DNA from: a virus
DNA: 64,000 nucleotides
Strand: one strand, 5' to 3'
Virus record (IMG/VR): IMGVR_UViG_3300022864_000001
Span: 32,001-96,000 of that record
Positions 28,501-35,912 of this stretch are shown here, piece after piece; within the stretch, counting starts at the first letter, position 1; every line of letters begins with the position of its first letter. The position numbers and the translations under genes were made by a program. The notes below the pieces were generated by a model, which was not told the origin of the DNA, made no database searches, and saw nothing but the letters and a program-made list of their open reading frames with translations.

Positions 28501-30235
28501 AGAGCACCCAGCCTTGCCATCCGCGCTTTAGAACCTCCTGTGCCTTTGCCCACGCGAGCAATGCGGCCTGCATCTCCTCGGCTTTTTCGATAGCCATCTC
28601 TTCAGCTCTGACGGCTTCATAGAGAGCTTCTTCGAGATGCCGCGTGGCAGGGACAGCCTCAGTTTCTAGTATTCGGGTATATGCCTCATAGGTTCTGCCA
28701 AGTTCAATAGCTTTCTCTTGGGCCGCGACAATGGCGCGTTCTTTCTCCTGTATGACTGTTATCAAGCCGCCAATCGCTAGTGAGAGGATGGCAATTATCG
28801 CGATTGGCCACCCAATAGCTATCCCGAGGCCCCCTATTGCGGTAGTGAGCGCCGGTATGGCAATCTTGACTAACAGAAGAGCGCCAGCCAGCGCCGTCAG
28901 TGCCGTAGAAGCAGCGAGGGTAAACGCTATCATCTTTTGCCATTTGGGTTCAAGCAGCGTATATCCCTCTAGCACCTTCCAGATGGTATTGACAACCGCT
29001 TCCATTATGGGGATGAAGTGTTGGCCCAGTGCGTTGTTGAATTCTTCTTGTAGCCGGGGCAACGAGGTAACGGTTTTGCCAACAAACCCCATAGCGCGTT
29101 CATATGCCCCCGCGAGTTTAGCCCCCTCGCGAAGCACGGCGTTCAGCGCAGCTTGGTGTCGGTCGTGGACGGTCAACTCACCAACGATCTTGCCCTCTTG
29201 TTCTGCATATCGCGCATACTCGTGGTTGAGGTTAATCATAATGCCACGATTACGCAGAAGTCGAGTATTGAGCGTGGTGATACCGTAGACGAGCTTGTCG
29301 AGGGTCTCAGAGGTGTTTTCGTCGGCAATGACTGCCGCGTTCCGTGCGACATTTGCCAATTCAGTGGCCTTGGACAGGTCTAGCTCATACTGTATCATGC
29401 GTATGAGCGCTTGGTTTGCGACCTGTGTGGTAGTGCCGAGGTCTTTGACGCGGTCGCGCAGTTGGTCTACTTGTTTGGCAGACTTGCCCGCATTTTCAGC
29501 AATGAGTTGTAGGACTTCGTTGGTGACTTCGGTGCGCGCTGCATACTTCGTAGCTTCGGCCAGGCCCTTCGTTACGACACCGGCGTAAGCTACCATTGCG
29601 GTGGCAGCGGCGGCGACCAATACTGTATTCTGTTCTATGTATTGATTGAAGGTCTTGGTTTGTTCAGAGGCTTCTGCGAGGGCTTTGCTGTGGGCGGCGA
29701 CGACGAAGTTGCCCTGTTCCATGACAGCCCTGAACATCTCCTCCTGCTTGGCCGTGGTACTGGCGTCGTTCCCCAATTGTCCCGTTACGGCACTGACGTC
29801 GATGAGCATCCCGTACTGGTCTAGGCCCGCCGATGTCAGATTGAGGACACTGTTGGTTAGCGTCCCCATTGCCTGGTCAGCGGTTTGGCTCGATATGGCC
29901 GCGCCTGCCATCGCGACATCAGTGAGCTGTAGGGCCTTGCCAAGGTCCATCTCCGCCATAGCAAAGCGCCCGACAGTCTGGGCGGAAGCCTCGGCGGATA
30001 TGCCCGCTGCCTGCATTAGCCCCTGCGTAGTCGTCAAATGCTCTGCTGTAAGGCCCGCCTGCGTGCCGACATGTACCATAATGTCGGAGAAGGCGGTCTG
30101 TGATGCTATGCCCTTAACTGTGGACGCGGCAAAAGCCTCCGCAGACGCGGAGGCACTGGCCAGCCCGGCGGCATAGCCTTTTACATCGGCAATGAGATGG
30201 AGCGCTATTGTACCTAAATTTATTGAGGCAGCCAT
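22508..30235 (-). CDS. tail tape measure protein
   Basis: 2575 aa, Ala-rich helical, TM segments, internal repeats, C-terminal PSSPAEWGP and VTINLNG; follows the chaperones. Confidence 0.92.
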   Translation of the reverse strand: MAASINLGTIALHLIADVKGYAAGLASASASAEAFAASTVKGIASQTAFSDIMVHVGTQAGLTAEHLTTTQGLMQAAGISAEASAQTVGRFAMAEMDLGKALQLTDVAMAGAAISSQTADQAMGTLTNSVLNLTSAGLDQYGMLIDVSAVTGQLGNDASTTAKQEEMFRAVMEQGNFVVAAHSKALAEASEQTKTFNQYIEQNTVLVAAAATAMVAYAGVVTKGLAEATKYAARTEVTNEVLQLIAENAGKSAKQVDQLRDRVKDLGTTTQVANQALIRMIQYELDLSKATELANVARNAAVIADENTSETLDKLVYGITTLNTRLLRNRGIMINLNHEYARYAEQEGKIVGELTVHDRHQAALNAVLREGAKLAGAYERAMGFVGKTVTSLPRLQEEFNNALGQHFIPIMEAVVNTIWKVLEGYTLLEPKWQKMIAFTLAASTALTALAGALLLVKIAIPALTTAIGGLGIAIGWPIAIIAILSLAIGGLITVIQEKERAIVAAQEKAIELGRTYEAYTRILETEAVPATRHLEEALYEAVRAEEMAIEKAEEMQAALLAWAKAQEVLKRGWQGWVLFGETPQELDERMRLLAEADPLFRALAVSTGRLTPLVAGLMTKWELYDAAARKAYDITEDMTGGLDRATHSAKEYQKNLDLLIERVPWLRDKVFELSFTLDHELGVKASKAWYKLREDVVIVSQEVMDTMEELGLSTRGYAVATEETSQEIAEAHIEMNKVLAAAQEEYNNILLGARDERQTLADEEAIAIAELQVGLQEDLASSLQSYEEERGKIIAWGTNQATGEVSQGAIDRLAILDKNYADQDVALKNFWGVKIGHTQGLYTIERNQLREQTKQKMALWIAEQDTRMVLEGASATERYKFVMETLKISMTAYKDHLNAFLNDMMRALIAGGMPDNLAEAKIRKIIASIEGATDAALSEIDNLTDGAREAINGVWDEFGAGQEVADDLTDGIDDMGRSAREGATSTAKLADPIKAAADTVSKLASMVEKASKAFEELAEYAVPMPDVAEGWGRLKEQIVLIVTSVGSMVAKLGELGFDKDKYDAIKQFGSAMGTVFSLISNAIKAFVSIGEWEVGERIIDKIASLANRIVTVARELNFAAKTIPEEAVKNAEAFAKRAGTIIGFIKSAVDGVSALGLWTVGKRIEDKVHALAMRIVTVARELKNAATTIPTEAVKNAQEFASRVGAIVKSIKPALDLVIKLGEWELGVRGEGAIAPQAHALAMRLTTVARELKNAAKTIPAEAVENAKEFAERLESIVGLLKSGIEGLVALGKWIPGPLIQQQARAMSMRLTTVARELGMAARQIDKALLADAVAFAENLDTLIDVVSKGMKLLTEMKAWKLVYDVQEQMVAFRKAWKQIIEEFDALRKDTEYLLDDEVRKFAQTLEAIAEALDKAMKVLTGLEDFSAPADTALDAFMTAVQDMFLKLYDWIAGRGEWEGKGANLEDAVLEIVEAFGNALGSLMSGLAEAADVLQDWSATLPGGDIWDDFVEWVQEVFEEFYDWLETDYTLEEVELVGAFAEALVNLMKGLAVAAEFNLSADWMPPPEEAWDKLVAWVKEVFADFYSWLDGSEWTKDQIDLVGAFAGALSRLMEGLTTVAEFELRADWTKPPEDAWDKLVAWVKEVFADFYGWLDGSEWTKDQIDLVGAFAGALSSLMQGLQAAADFVLSEDWAAPAADVWDPFYKWVILLFGKVLGYLTGQGWTEEQLNLVGTFGDALSSLIQGLQAAADFTLAEDWTAPAADIWDPFYKWVWLLLGKIKGWLEIRGWDATEFALVEAWGNALSSLVQGLQAAADFTLAAGWVAPGDEVWSEFFNWVTFVFNSFYFWLAGTEWTDKEMALVGAFGDALSALVQGIQAAAEFALSEDWAAPSDTIWSSFFTWVTDIFDIVYLWVTEEHVTDDGQHVYTKDGLDLVNAWGSALGSIMSGLSGALSLAADVATFVDPDKAWTEFTTWATGVFDKLYTHITTTYPQTEEEASQFDSVIAWGTALSAIFGGLSAAMDIFKNLGYYASPLDTFVDDFIEDVEDIFNHFYQWLTGTGEYVGAGANFSAEGLLLTTSFGTTLGALMTGLNEALLLVSGIGGLFSPTDGKIRFFIRQVNLIFGDMHTFAQGLDAKEVTITDTFSGVMTNLFTALSAGLTVIGKLADATLPEFEGDTPPIWFEKKVSHFTDAIGFIITTMNNWIVDDLGPDTVNTVTWFTEKIGTMVTGLTAALGFLTALTDADLPSTETLDEYLDLILQLFQALADGLGDADTDIDTAVTDVGIAIGGGLTALPATKGWTDAGAGYGIALAGGLSGSATTVSTAVGVVNTKLTVPHTGGGVLVDHYDWKYRGARYTDNLALGIGQYLGNVTTAVSDTKTEVQPSKTVAWNEWYTWGFALASAMAGGLKFGAVDYYQGIAAMMSNFVIPAVSVSNLPATSTWWDPGYNYMDKLASGLAAGLGLVEAQIAALAGLFPSSPAEWGPFSELPDEKWVEDYMANTTAAFNHGIAGLGRLPGFGLPPTLGIGESEALGGMASVPNVTINLNGTTIRDDRDVSLLAQELWREIRRTTGIS

Positions 30236-30271
30236 TTAACCCCGCCTATTAGCGGGGCCATCTGCGTGGCT

Positions 30272-30583
30272 CTATTCGTCTTGCTTTTTGACAATTTGCA
30301 CCAACCCTGGCATTCCGAGTGCTATGAGACTAGCCGCCCCAGTAGGCAAGCCACCCGCTTTCCTCTTCGCGGGCGCGACACCACTGGCGAGGCGTTGTAG
30401 TCGCCGTAACGACCGCTTCTGCGCACGCTTCTCCTGGTGCGGAATCGCCGCAGCCTGTACAGCCGCCAACGTTTCCTCTGCACGCACAGCAGGTATCTGC
30501 TTGACGTAGGCCAGGAAACGCCTCATGGGCATTGCCATGATAACGGGGTCTGGATCGTTGTAGAAGCGCTTGTATCTAGCCAA
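30272..30583 (-). CDS. tail assembly chaperone, frameshift extension (gpT-like)
   Basis: -1 frame relative to the upstream gene, open through the GGGGGAA slippery site. Confidence 0.75.
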   Translation of the reverse strand: MARYKRFYNDPDPVIMAMPMRRFLAYVKQIPAVRAEETLAAVQAAAIPHQEKRAQKRSLRRLQRLASGVAPAKRKAGGLPTGAASLIALGMPGLVQIVKKQDE

Positions 30584-30597
30584 GAGGTGGGCAACGT

Positions 30598-30954
30598 CTA
30601 GCCCACTTCCGCTTCCCCCGATTCCTCCCCTTCTTCCTCTTCGCCAGACAGACCCAGTTCACCACCGACAAACTCTGCCAGTTTCATTAGCATGGGCAAC
30701 GTAAGCCCCTTTAGTTCTGGCTTGATGCTTGGGCAAGCCATGCTGATGATTTCCATGTTGAGTTCAAGCAGCCGCGCAGGGTTGTCTTCGGTAGCTTTTG
30801 TCGCCTCTTCCGCCAGTTGCTCGCGGCGCTGCAAAATCTGTAGTGCCACCTCGACAGACCGGGCAATGACGGGATATTCTTTGCCCCGAAGCATCACCGA
30901 CGCTGGGGCGGGAAGTAGCTCATCGAGCGACAGGATTCTCTTGTTGTCAGTCAC
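30598..30954 (-). CDS. tail assembly chaperone (gpG-like)
   Basis: Between tail tube and tape measure; acidic end with slippery site. Confidence 0.8.
   Translation of the reverse strand: MTDNKRILSLDELLPAPASVMLRGKEYPVIARSVEVALQILQRREQLAEEATKATEDNPARLLELNMEIISMACPSIKPELKGLTLPMLMKLAEFVGGELGLSGEEEEGEESGEAEVG
30613..30619 (-). other. programmed -1 frameshift site GGGGGAA
   Basis: TCG GGG GAA; -1 frame reads GSGSGLDVAHLLARYKRFY. Confidence 0.75.
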
Positions 30955-30982
30955 TTTTCCTCCGTTTTGTGCGTTGCTTTAT

Positions 30983-31011
30983 TTGACTCTTTCCTCGTTT
31001 TGTGGTAAAAT
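30983..31011 (+). promoter_or_regulatory. sigma70-type promoter
   Basis: TTGACT-17-TAAAAT with TG. Confidence 0.7.
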
Positions 31012-31042
31012 GCTACTACTACAATATCGAGGAGGATTAACT

Positions 31043-31219
31043 ATGAAAGACTACGTTGGTTTCTCACTACGGCTTCCGCCCGAATTGCATCGGCAGATAA
31101 AGGCGCTCGCCAAACGCGATGTGCGTTCTCTCAACGGCGAGATGGTATACGCGCTGTGGCTATTCACTGACAGGCGACGTGTGTATCCCGACGAAACCGG
31201 GAAAGATGATGGCCGTTGA
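31043..31219 (+). CDS. Arc-family ribbon-helix-helix protein
   Basis: FSLRLPPELHRQIKALAKRDVRSLNGEMVYAL; GGAGG RBS. Confidence 0.85.
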   Translation: MKDYVGFSLRLPPELHRQIKALAKRDVRSLNGEMVYALWLFTDRRRVYPDETGKDDGR

Positions 31220-32168
31220 ATTGATTTGTCAACAATGTGGCAAGAGATACCTTGTTAAGCCGTCTGTTGCCAGAAAGGGCCGCAGGCATTGTTCCAAGAA
31301 ATGCCACAACGAATCTATGAGACGACGTGTCCAATTGGTATGTAAACACTGCGGTAAAAACTTCAGTGTTATTCCCTCAAGAAGCCACCAGCAATACTGC
31401 TCGCGTCGTTGCCGCGATATGGTTTGGAATAAGAATCTTACGCCTGACCAGCGGCGGAAATACCCAGTCAATGATAATGCGCTAAATGAGTGGACACCAT
31501 TTTCCAGTTATGTGCTGGGATTGTTGGCTGCTGACGGCTGCATACGTGATACTCGGGGCCGCCAAGGCAGTTACATTACTATTTCAAACATAGACAGGAT
31601 TCTACCAGAGATTGTTCGGGAACTTCTCGCCCCGACCAAGCCTCTCTATGAGCACAAAACTGCAACAGGAACCCCGCTATACCGTTGCGATGTACATTCC
31701 AAACCCCTCGTCGCGCGGCTAATCCAATTGGGGCTTGTCCCTCGCAAATCTTCCGTTTTGCGCTTTCCCCCTGTTCCCAATCACGTGCTTGGGCATTTCG
31801 CAAGGGGGTATCTCGATGGCGACGGGACAGTATGTATTATCAAAGGGCAACGGGTAAAAGGAAAAGACTATCCGCGATACCGCGGTCTCCTTATGAACTT
31901 TGTAGGAACGCCCGAATTCTTAGGTGAACTATCTTCAAGGCTGTCTGCCGCCACGGGAGTCCGGGCCAAAAATCTCAAGCACAGGCCCGAAGCCAAGAAT
32001 TGCGCGGTGCTCCAATATCGTAGCAAAGAATCGTGTCGTCTATTTCACTATCTTTATGGGCCTACCTCCGAAGACCCGTCTGGTATCCCCCACCTCCCGC
32101 GTAAGTGGCAAAGATTTATGGATTTCAAAGATTATGCTCTGGCGAAGGGCTATTGGAGGATGGAATAG
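31206..32168 (+). CDS. LAGLIDADG homing endonuclease with N-terminal Zn fingers
   Basis: YVLGLLAADG and FARGYLDGDG; CxxC..CSxxC repeats. Confidence 0.88.
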   Translation: MMAVELICQQCGKRYLVKPSVARKGRRHCSKKCHNESMRRRVQLVCKHCGKNFSVIPSRSHQQYCSRRCRDMVWNKNLTPDQRRKYPVNDNALNEWTPFSSYVLGLLAADGCIRDTRGRQGSYITISNIDRILPEIVRELLAPTKPLYEHKTATGTPLYRCDVHSKPLVARLIQLGLVPRKSSVLRFPPVPNHVLGHFARGYLDGDGTVCIIKGQRVKGKDYPRYRGLLMNFVGTPEFLGELSSRLSAATGVRAKNLKHRPEAKNCAVLQYRSKESCRLFHYLYGPTSEDPSGIPHLPRKWQRFMDFKDYALAKGYWRME

Positions 32169-32209
32169 ACCACCCCCCAATAGCGTCCGGTAATTCTAAG
32201 CCTGTAATT

Positions 32210-32734
32210 CTAAATCTCTATTGTGATCCGCGAGGGCAAAACAGCAGGGTGCGCGGGGTCAAAACTTCCTGTGAATTCTACCTCGTACTCGCTTATTTCG
32301 CTATCGCTCAGTGTCACATTGACTGCCGAGCTCACATACGCGTAGGGCATAGTGATTACTACGCTCTTGTTCCCACACGTTGACATACCTGTGGCGATGA
32401 TCTCCTGGTAATCGGTAGAGGCCAGTTGGCCCAGCGTTCCAGACCCATACCACCTACTGTTAGCATCCGAAGACGCGCCCAGGTGGTCCATCAGGACGGA
32501 AAGCTGGAAGTAACTTGTCTCCGCCATCGTGGTGGTTATGCGCGCCACAGCACCAATTACGAAGCCCGTACCGTTGATGTCTCCCCATGCTCCGTGCAAA
32601 TCTGGGTGATAGCGCTCCACGTCAACCGTGAAGACAGTCTCGCCCGTCATTGCTCCAATATCCACGGTGGCAACCGTTACTGTTGCACCCGAGGCCAGCA
32701 TCATATTGCCAGCCGTATTCGCTCCCATTGTCAT
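32210..32734 (-). CDS. major tail tube protein
   Basis: Size, beta-rich composition (DIGAM.G..YEVEFTG), position upstream of chaperones. Confidence 0.75.
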   Translation of the reverse strand: MTMGANTAGNMMLASGATVTVATVDIGAMTGETVFTVDVERYHPDLHGAWGDINGTGFVIGAVARITTTMAETSYFQLSVLMDHLGASSDANSRWYGSGTLGQLASTDYQEIIATGMSTCGNKSVVITMPYAYVSSAVNVTLSDSEISEYEVEFTGSFDPAHPAVLPSRITIEI

Positions 32735-32873
32735 TTTATACCTCCGTCGCGAGCCTTAATCTCGCATTCTTGATTCTGGGCTCTCGCGTAGCTCGTTCGC
32801 GCTCGGAGGCGCTGTAGTCATCTCTCCTGTTTTGTGTTGAGCAAAGGTCGCATAACGACCTTTACGTTACACG

Positions 32874-33146
32874 CTACGGAAAGTCATTCATATGCCCGCA
32901 ACGCGGACACTTTACTTCTAGGCAAGCCTCTGATTCGGCACGGCATAGCAACTTACGGCACACGCCCCCCCTGTAGTCGGGGTTCTTGCATCTCCGCTCC
33001 TCAAGAATGGGCGGGAATGGTCCGCGCAAGGCCCGCGCTAACCCCGCGAGGACTGCGGCTAAGCTCCTCATCGCCCGGTTAGTACTGGTATACGCTGGTG
33101 CTCTTGTAAGTTCTTCTCCGTCTGCGGATGCCGTTTGCTTGCTCAT
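32874..33146 (-). CDS. Com-like Zn-ribbon protein
   Basis: RC..CRKLL..LEVKCPRCGHMN. Confidence 0.7.
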   Translation of the reverse strand: MSKQTASADGEELTRAPAYTSTNRAMRSLAAVLAGLARALRGPFPPILEERRCKNPDYRGGVCRKLLCRAESEACLEVKCPRCGHMNDFP

Positions 33147-33200
33147 TCTTGTTCCTCAGAATAATTAGATGAGACCATTGTCAATATATTCCTACTATAA

Positions 33201-33470
33201 TCATGCAGTTCCCCTGCGCCGATTCTCAAACTTGTGGGCGGTAAACTGGGATATGGGCCACCGCAGACCAAGTTCCTTTAGCAACTCAGGCAGGTATATC
33301 AGCCAGTCGCATGTCCAAACCACGTGGCCCCGCCACACAGTCCCAAACTCCCAATGGACAAGACCGCCCGCCGGTGGGTGGTACATGAACCACAAAAGAC
33401 CTACACGTAACGACCAACACCCATGTGGAAGACGATTATATGGCTTTCTCAAGTTTGTCCCCCCTGGCAA
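33201..33470 (-). CDS. hypothetical protein
   Basis: ORF in operon orientation. Confidence 0.35.
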   Translation of the reverse strand: MPGGTNLRKPYNRLPHGCWSLRVGLLWFMYHPPAGGLVHWEFGTVWRGHVVWTCDWLIYLPELLKELGLRWPISQFTAHKFENRRRGTA

Positions 33471-33693
33471 GTCGCCAGATATGTTTTAATATAAGCGGCA
33501 ATGCAACGGGCCATGCAGGCAATGAAACTTTAAGGCGTCCCACAGCAATGGCAAGGCGCAAGGCCCTGCTTTGTCGCACAGCCTCTCTGAACCACAGGGA
33601 TAGAAATGATGGATGCCGCGTATTTATGCGCACCAATACATTGCTGCCTGCTTGCTGAACTGTCATGTACTTAGGCAGGTGAATTTTAGCCAT
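33436..33693 (-). CDS. hypothetical protein
   Basis: GGAGG RBS. Confidence 0.5.
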   Translation of the reverse strand: MAKIHLPKYMTVQQAGSNVLVRINTRHPSFLSLWFREAVRQSRALRLAIAVGRLKVSLPAWPVALPLILKHIWRLARGDKLEKAI

Positions 33694-33696
33694 ATC

Positions 33697-34728
33697 CTAA
33701 TCCCTCCACGTTCCTAACTTGCGCAGCATCTTGGCTGCACGATGTGCAGCATGTTCCCACGTCCAGTTGTCGTAGACATACTCAGAAGCGCGTTGGCCTA
33801 TGAGATAAGCCTCGTGCTGATTATCATAACACCACTGCATCATATCTGTCATAACGTCTTTGTCCGGCGTATGGCCAAATTGGTCACACTCATAAGACGC
33901 GCTAGACGTAACGACGCGTTCTTGTCCTACAATGGGTATCACCAAGTTATGTTCTTCTCGGACAAACTCAGCCATACCACTAGCTTTAGGGGCGATTACA
34001 CACAAACCTGTTGCCATTGCCTCTAGGGGCATTAGCCCAAAGCCCTCACCGCGAGAAGGATATACCATCGTATCGCACATGGCCATGGCTTGGACCAGCT
34101 CGTACCAGGACAAGTTGCCCTGCAAGAACTTGATCTTGTCATTCTTGGTCTTGTATGGCACGCCGTCCTGTGACATCTTTACGACCAATTCACAATCGGG
34201 CAGGTTCAGTTTGTCAAATGCCCGCATGACGTCTACTGGCCCCTTGCGCGAGGGTAGGCCGTCAGTCCAGGCAAAGAACCTGTATGGTCTATCACCACGC
34301 CTGGCGGGTCGTTCAGGGTCTTCCCTGTCAATGAACGGGTATCGGTTGGGCTCGAAGCCGTATCCGCTTACCAAGATAGGCAAGTGTTTATCTGCTTCTA
34401 GCATTACGTCACGTACAAACTCGCTAGGAACCCAGATGTGACGGGCCAGTCTGTATAGCGGCAGAAGCGCTTTTGGCAACGGTCGGCACTCTACCATTGT
34501 GTGCCAGATTAAATCTGGGTTGTAGCGAGGCCCGGTGAGCCACGCATAAGGCACAGCTACGACCACACGCCAGTCGTGGTCCAGCGAAAACCTGTCACAC
34601 AGCGAGATGTCGTCAACGTACTTTTCCAGAGAATGCGCGAGCATCATTCCCACGCGCCCGTAGCCACCTGCTTGGCTCGTCATTAGACTGCCCCAGGCGA
34701 GCTTCATTGGTTGCAGTCCATAACCCAA
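33697..34728 (-). CDS. glycosyltransferase, GT4/GT-B fold
   Basis: GYGRVG, IWVPSEF, RKG, PSRGEGFGLMPLEAMATG. Confidence 0.9.
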   Translation of the reverse strand: MGYGLQPMKLAWGSLMTSQAGGYGRVGMMLAHSLEKYVDDISLCDRFSLDHDWRVVVAVPYAWLTGPRYNPDLIWHTMVECRPLPKALLPLYRLARHIWVPSEFVRDVMLEADKHLPILVSGYGFEPNRYPFIDREDPERPARRGDRPYRFFAWTDGLPSRKGPVDVMRAFDKLNLPDCELVVKMSQDGVPYKTKNDKIKFLQGNLSWYELVQAMAMCDTMVYPSRGEGFGLMPLEAMATGLCVIAPKASGMAEFVREEHNLVIPIVGQERVVTSSASYECDQFGHTPDKDVMTDMMQWCYDNQHEAYLIGQRASEYVYDNWTWEHAAHRAAKMLRKLGTWRD

Positions 34729-34958
34729 CAGCTGGAGTCGTCCAACAGGCCCATATGGTTGTCGCCTGGCGCTAAACGTTCTAGCGGCGCTAAGCGTTCT
34801 AGGGCCGTAGCAATGCGTTCCAACGCGCTAGCTATCCTGTCTTCTGGCGTTACTGCTGTTGTTACTTCACCAAGAGGCCACGCCTCCCACGCATTTGTCC
34901 CGTAGTACTGCCGACCACTGTCGCGAAATTCGTCGTAACCCTGAACTGATACCGACAT
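34704..34958 (-). CDS. hypothetical protein
   Basis: GGAGG RBS; ALERIA/LERLAP repeats. Confidence 0.5.
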   Translation of the reverse strand: MSVSVQGYDEFRDSGRQYYGTNAWEAWPLGEVTTAVTPEDRIASALERIATALERLAPLERLAPGDNHMGLLDDSSCWVMDCNQ

Positions 34959-34998
34959 CTAACCCTCCTCAACGCTCACGGCGTTCTTTTCGTTAGTC

Positions 34999-35220
34999 TC
35001 AACAACTCAGCGCGGGGGCTTCTACCCCCGGTACAAACTTGCACGCAATGGGTTGCCCAACAGGCCGCCCCTGTCGCGCCAGCAATTCTGTCATGGCAGC
35101 ATATGTCGCATGGGCGTCCCCGCACATCTCTGGGCCAAGAACGTTATACATCCAGCGCGCGCAACCAATGAAGAGACAAGCCCTCTCTAGCGTTAAGACA
35201 TCAGCTCGCGACAGGGTCAT
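34999..35220 (-). CDS. hypothetical protein
   Basis: ATGA coupling. Confidence 0.45.
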   Translation of the reverse strand: MTLSRADVLTLERACLFIGCARWMYNVLGPEMCGDAHATYAAMTELLARQGRPVGQPIACKFVPGVEAPALSC

Positions 35221-35912
35221 AGCCGATAGCCGCGCCCCCTCATTTCCTCAACATCTTCTGTCAGCAACCCAGATACGTCTGCGATGCTATTATTGCCGCG
35301 CCTGTACACAACTGAGTGTCGAACAGGCCATTGCCGAGTGCCAAGGACTATATCGTCGGCATCTCTTGATAGGCGGCGAGTGCCTCTGATCTCAACGTCC
35401 CAAGGCGATTCGCCCGGAATGAGATGCTTCAATAGCAGTTCCTTTCTCCACAAGCCCGTTAGCAAGCTCATGTGGTACGGTGATGCTGGGTCTGACTTTA
35501 CGAGATCCAGCCGATCAGTCCAGCCATGCTCTGACATATTCGGGGCATAGAGGCGGTCGGTGCATAGATCAATCTTTAGAACGCCCCTGTGTTGGTGCAT
35601 GTAGTTATACAGGATTCTAATTGCCGCATCATCTACCGGTCGTACTAGCCAGTAGTCTTCAAGCATGAAGACGAATACTTCTTCGGACACCATCCCCAGG
35701 AACTTGATGAATGCGTCCGACCACTTGTCAATCGGATAGTCAGCCATGTCGCCCAAGGATACGAAGCTAAAGTTCGGCGGCAGCATGAAGTCGGGGTGCT
35801 TGAAACCGCCAACTACGACCCGCTGCACTGGACTCCAGTATCTATTAAACAAATACGCGAAGGGCTGCAAGGCGTGCAAATAGTGGTCACAGGTGAGTAC
35901 AAGGACCCCCAC
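35217..35912 (-). CDS. putative glycosyltransferase (GT-A-like)
   Basis: VLVLTCD.Y, MLEDYWL, GLWRK..L, ESPWDVE. Confidence 0.65.
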   Translation of the reverse strand: MGVLVLTCDHYLHALQPFAYLFNRYWSPVQRVVVGGFKHPDFMLPPNFSFVSLGDMADYPIDKWSDAFIKFLGMVSEEVFVFMLEDYWLVRPVDDAAIRILYNYMHQHRGVLKIDLCTDRLYAPNMSEHGWTDRLDLVKSDPASPYHMSLLTGLWRKELLLKHLIPGESPWDVEIRGTRRLSRDADDIVLGTRQWPVRHSVVYRRGNNSIADVSGLLTEDVEEMRGRGYRL

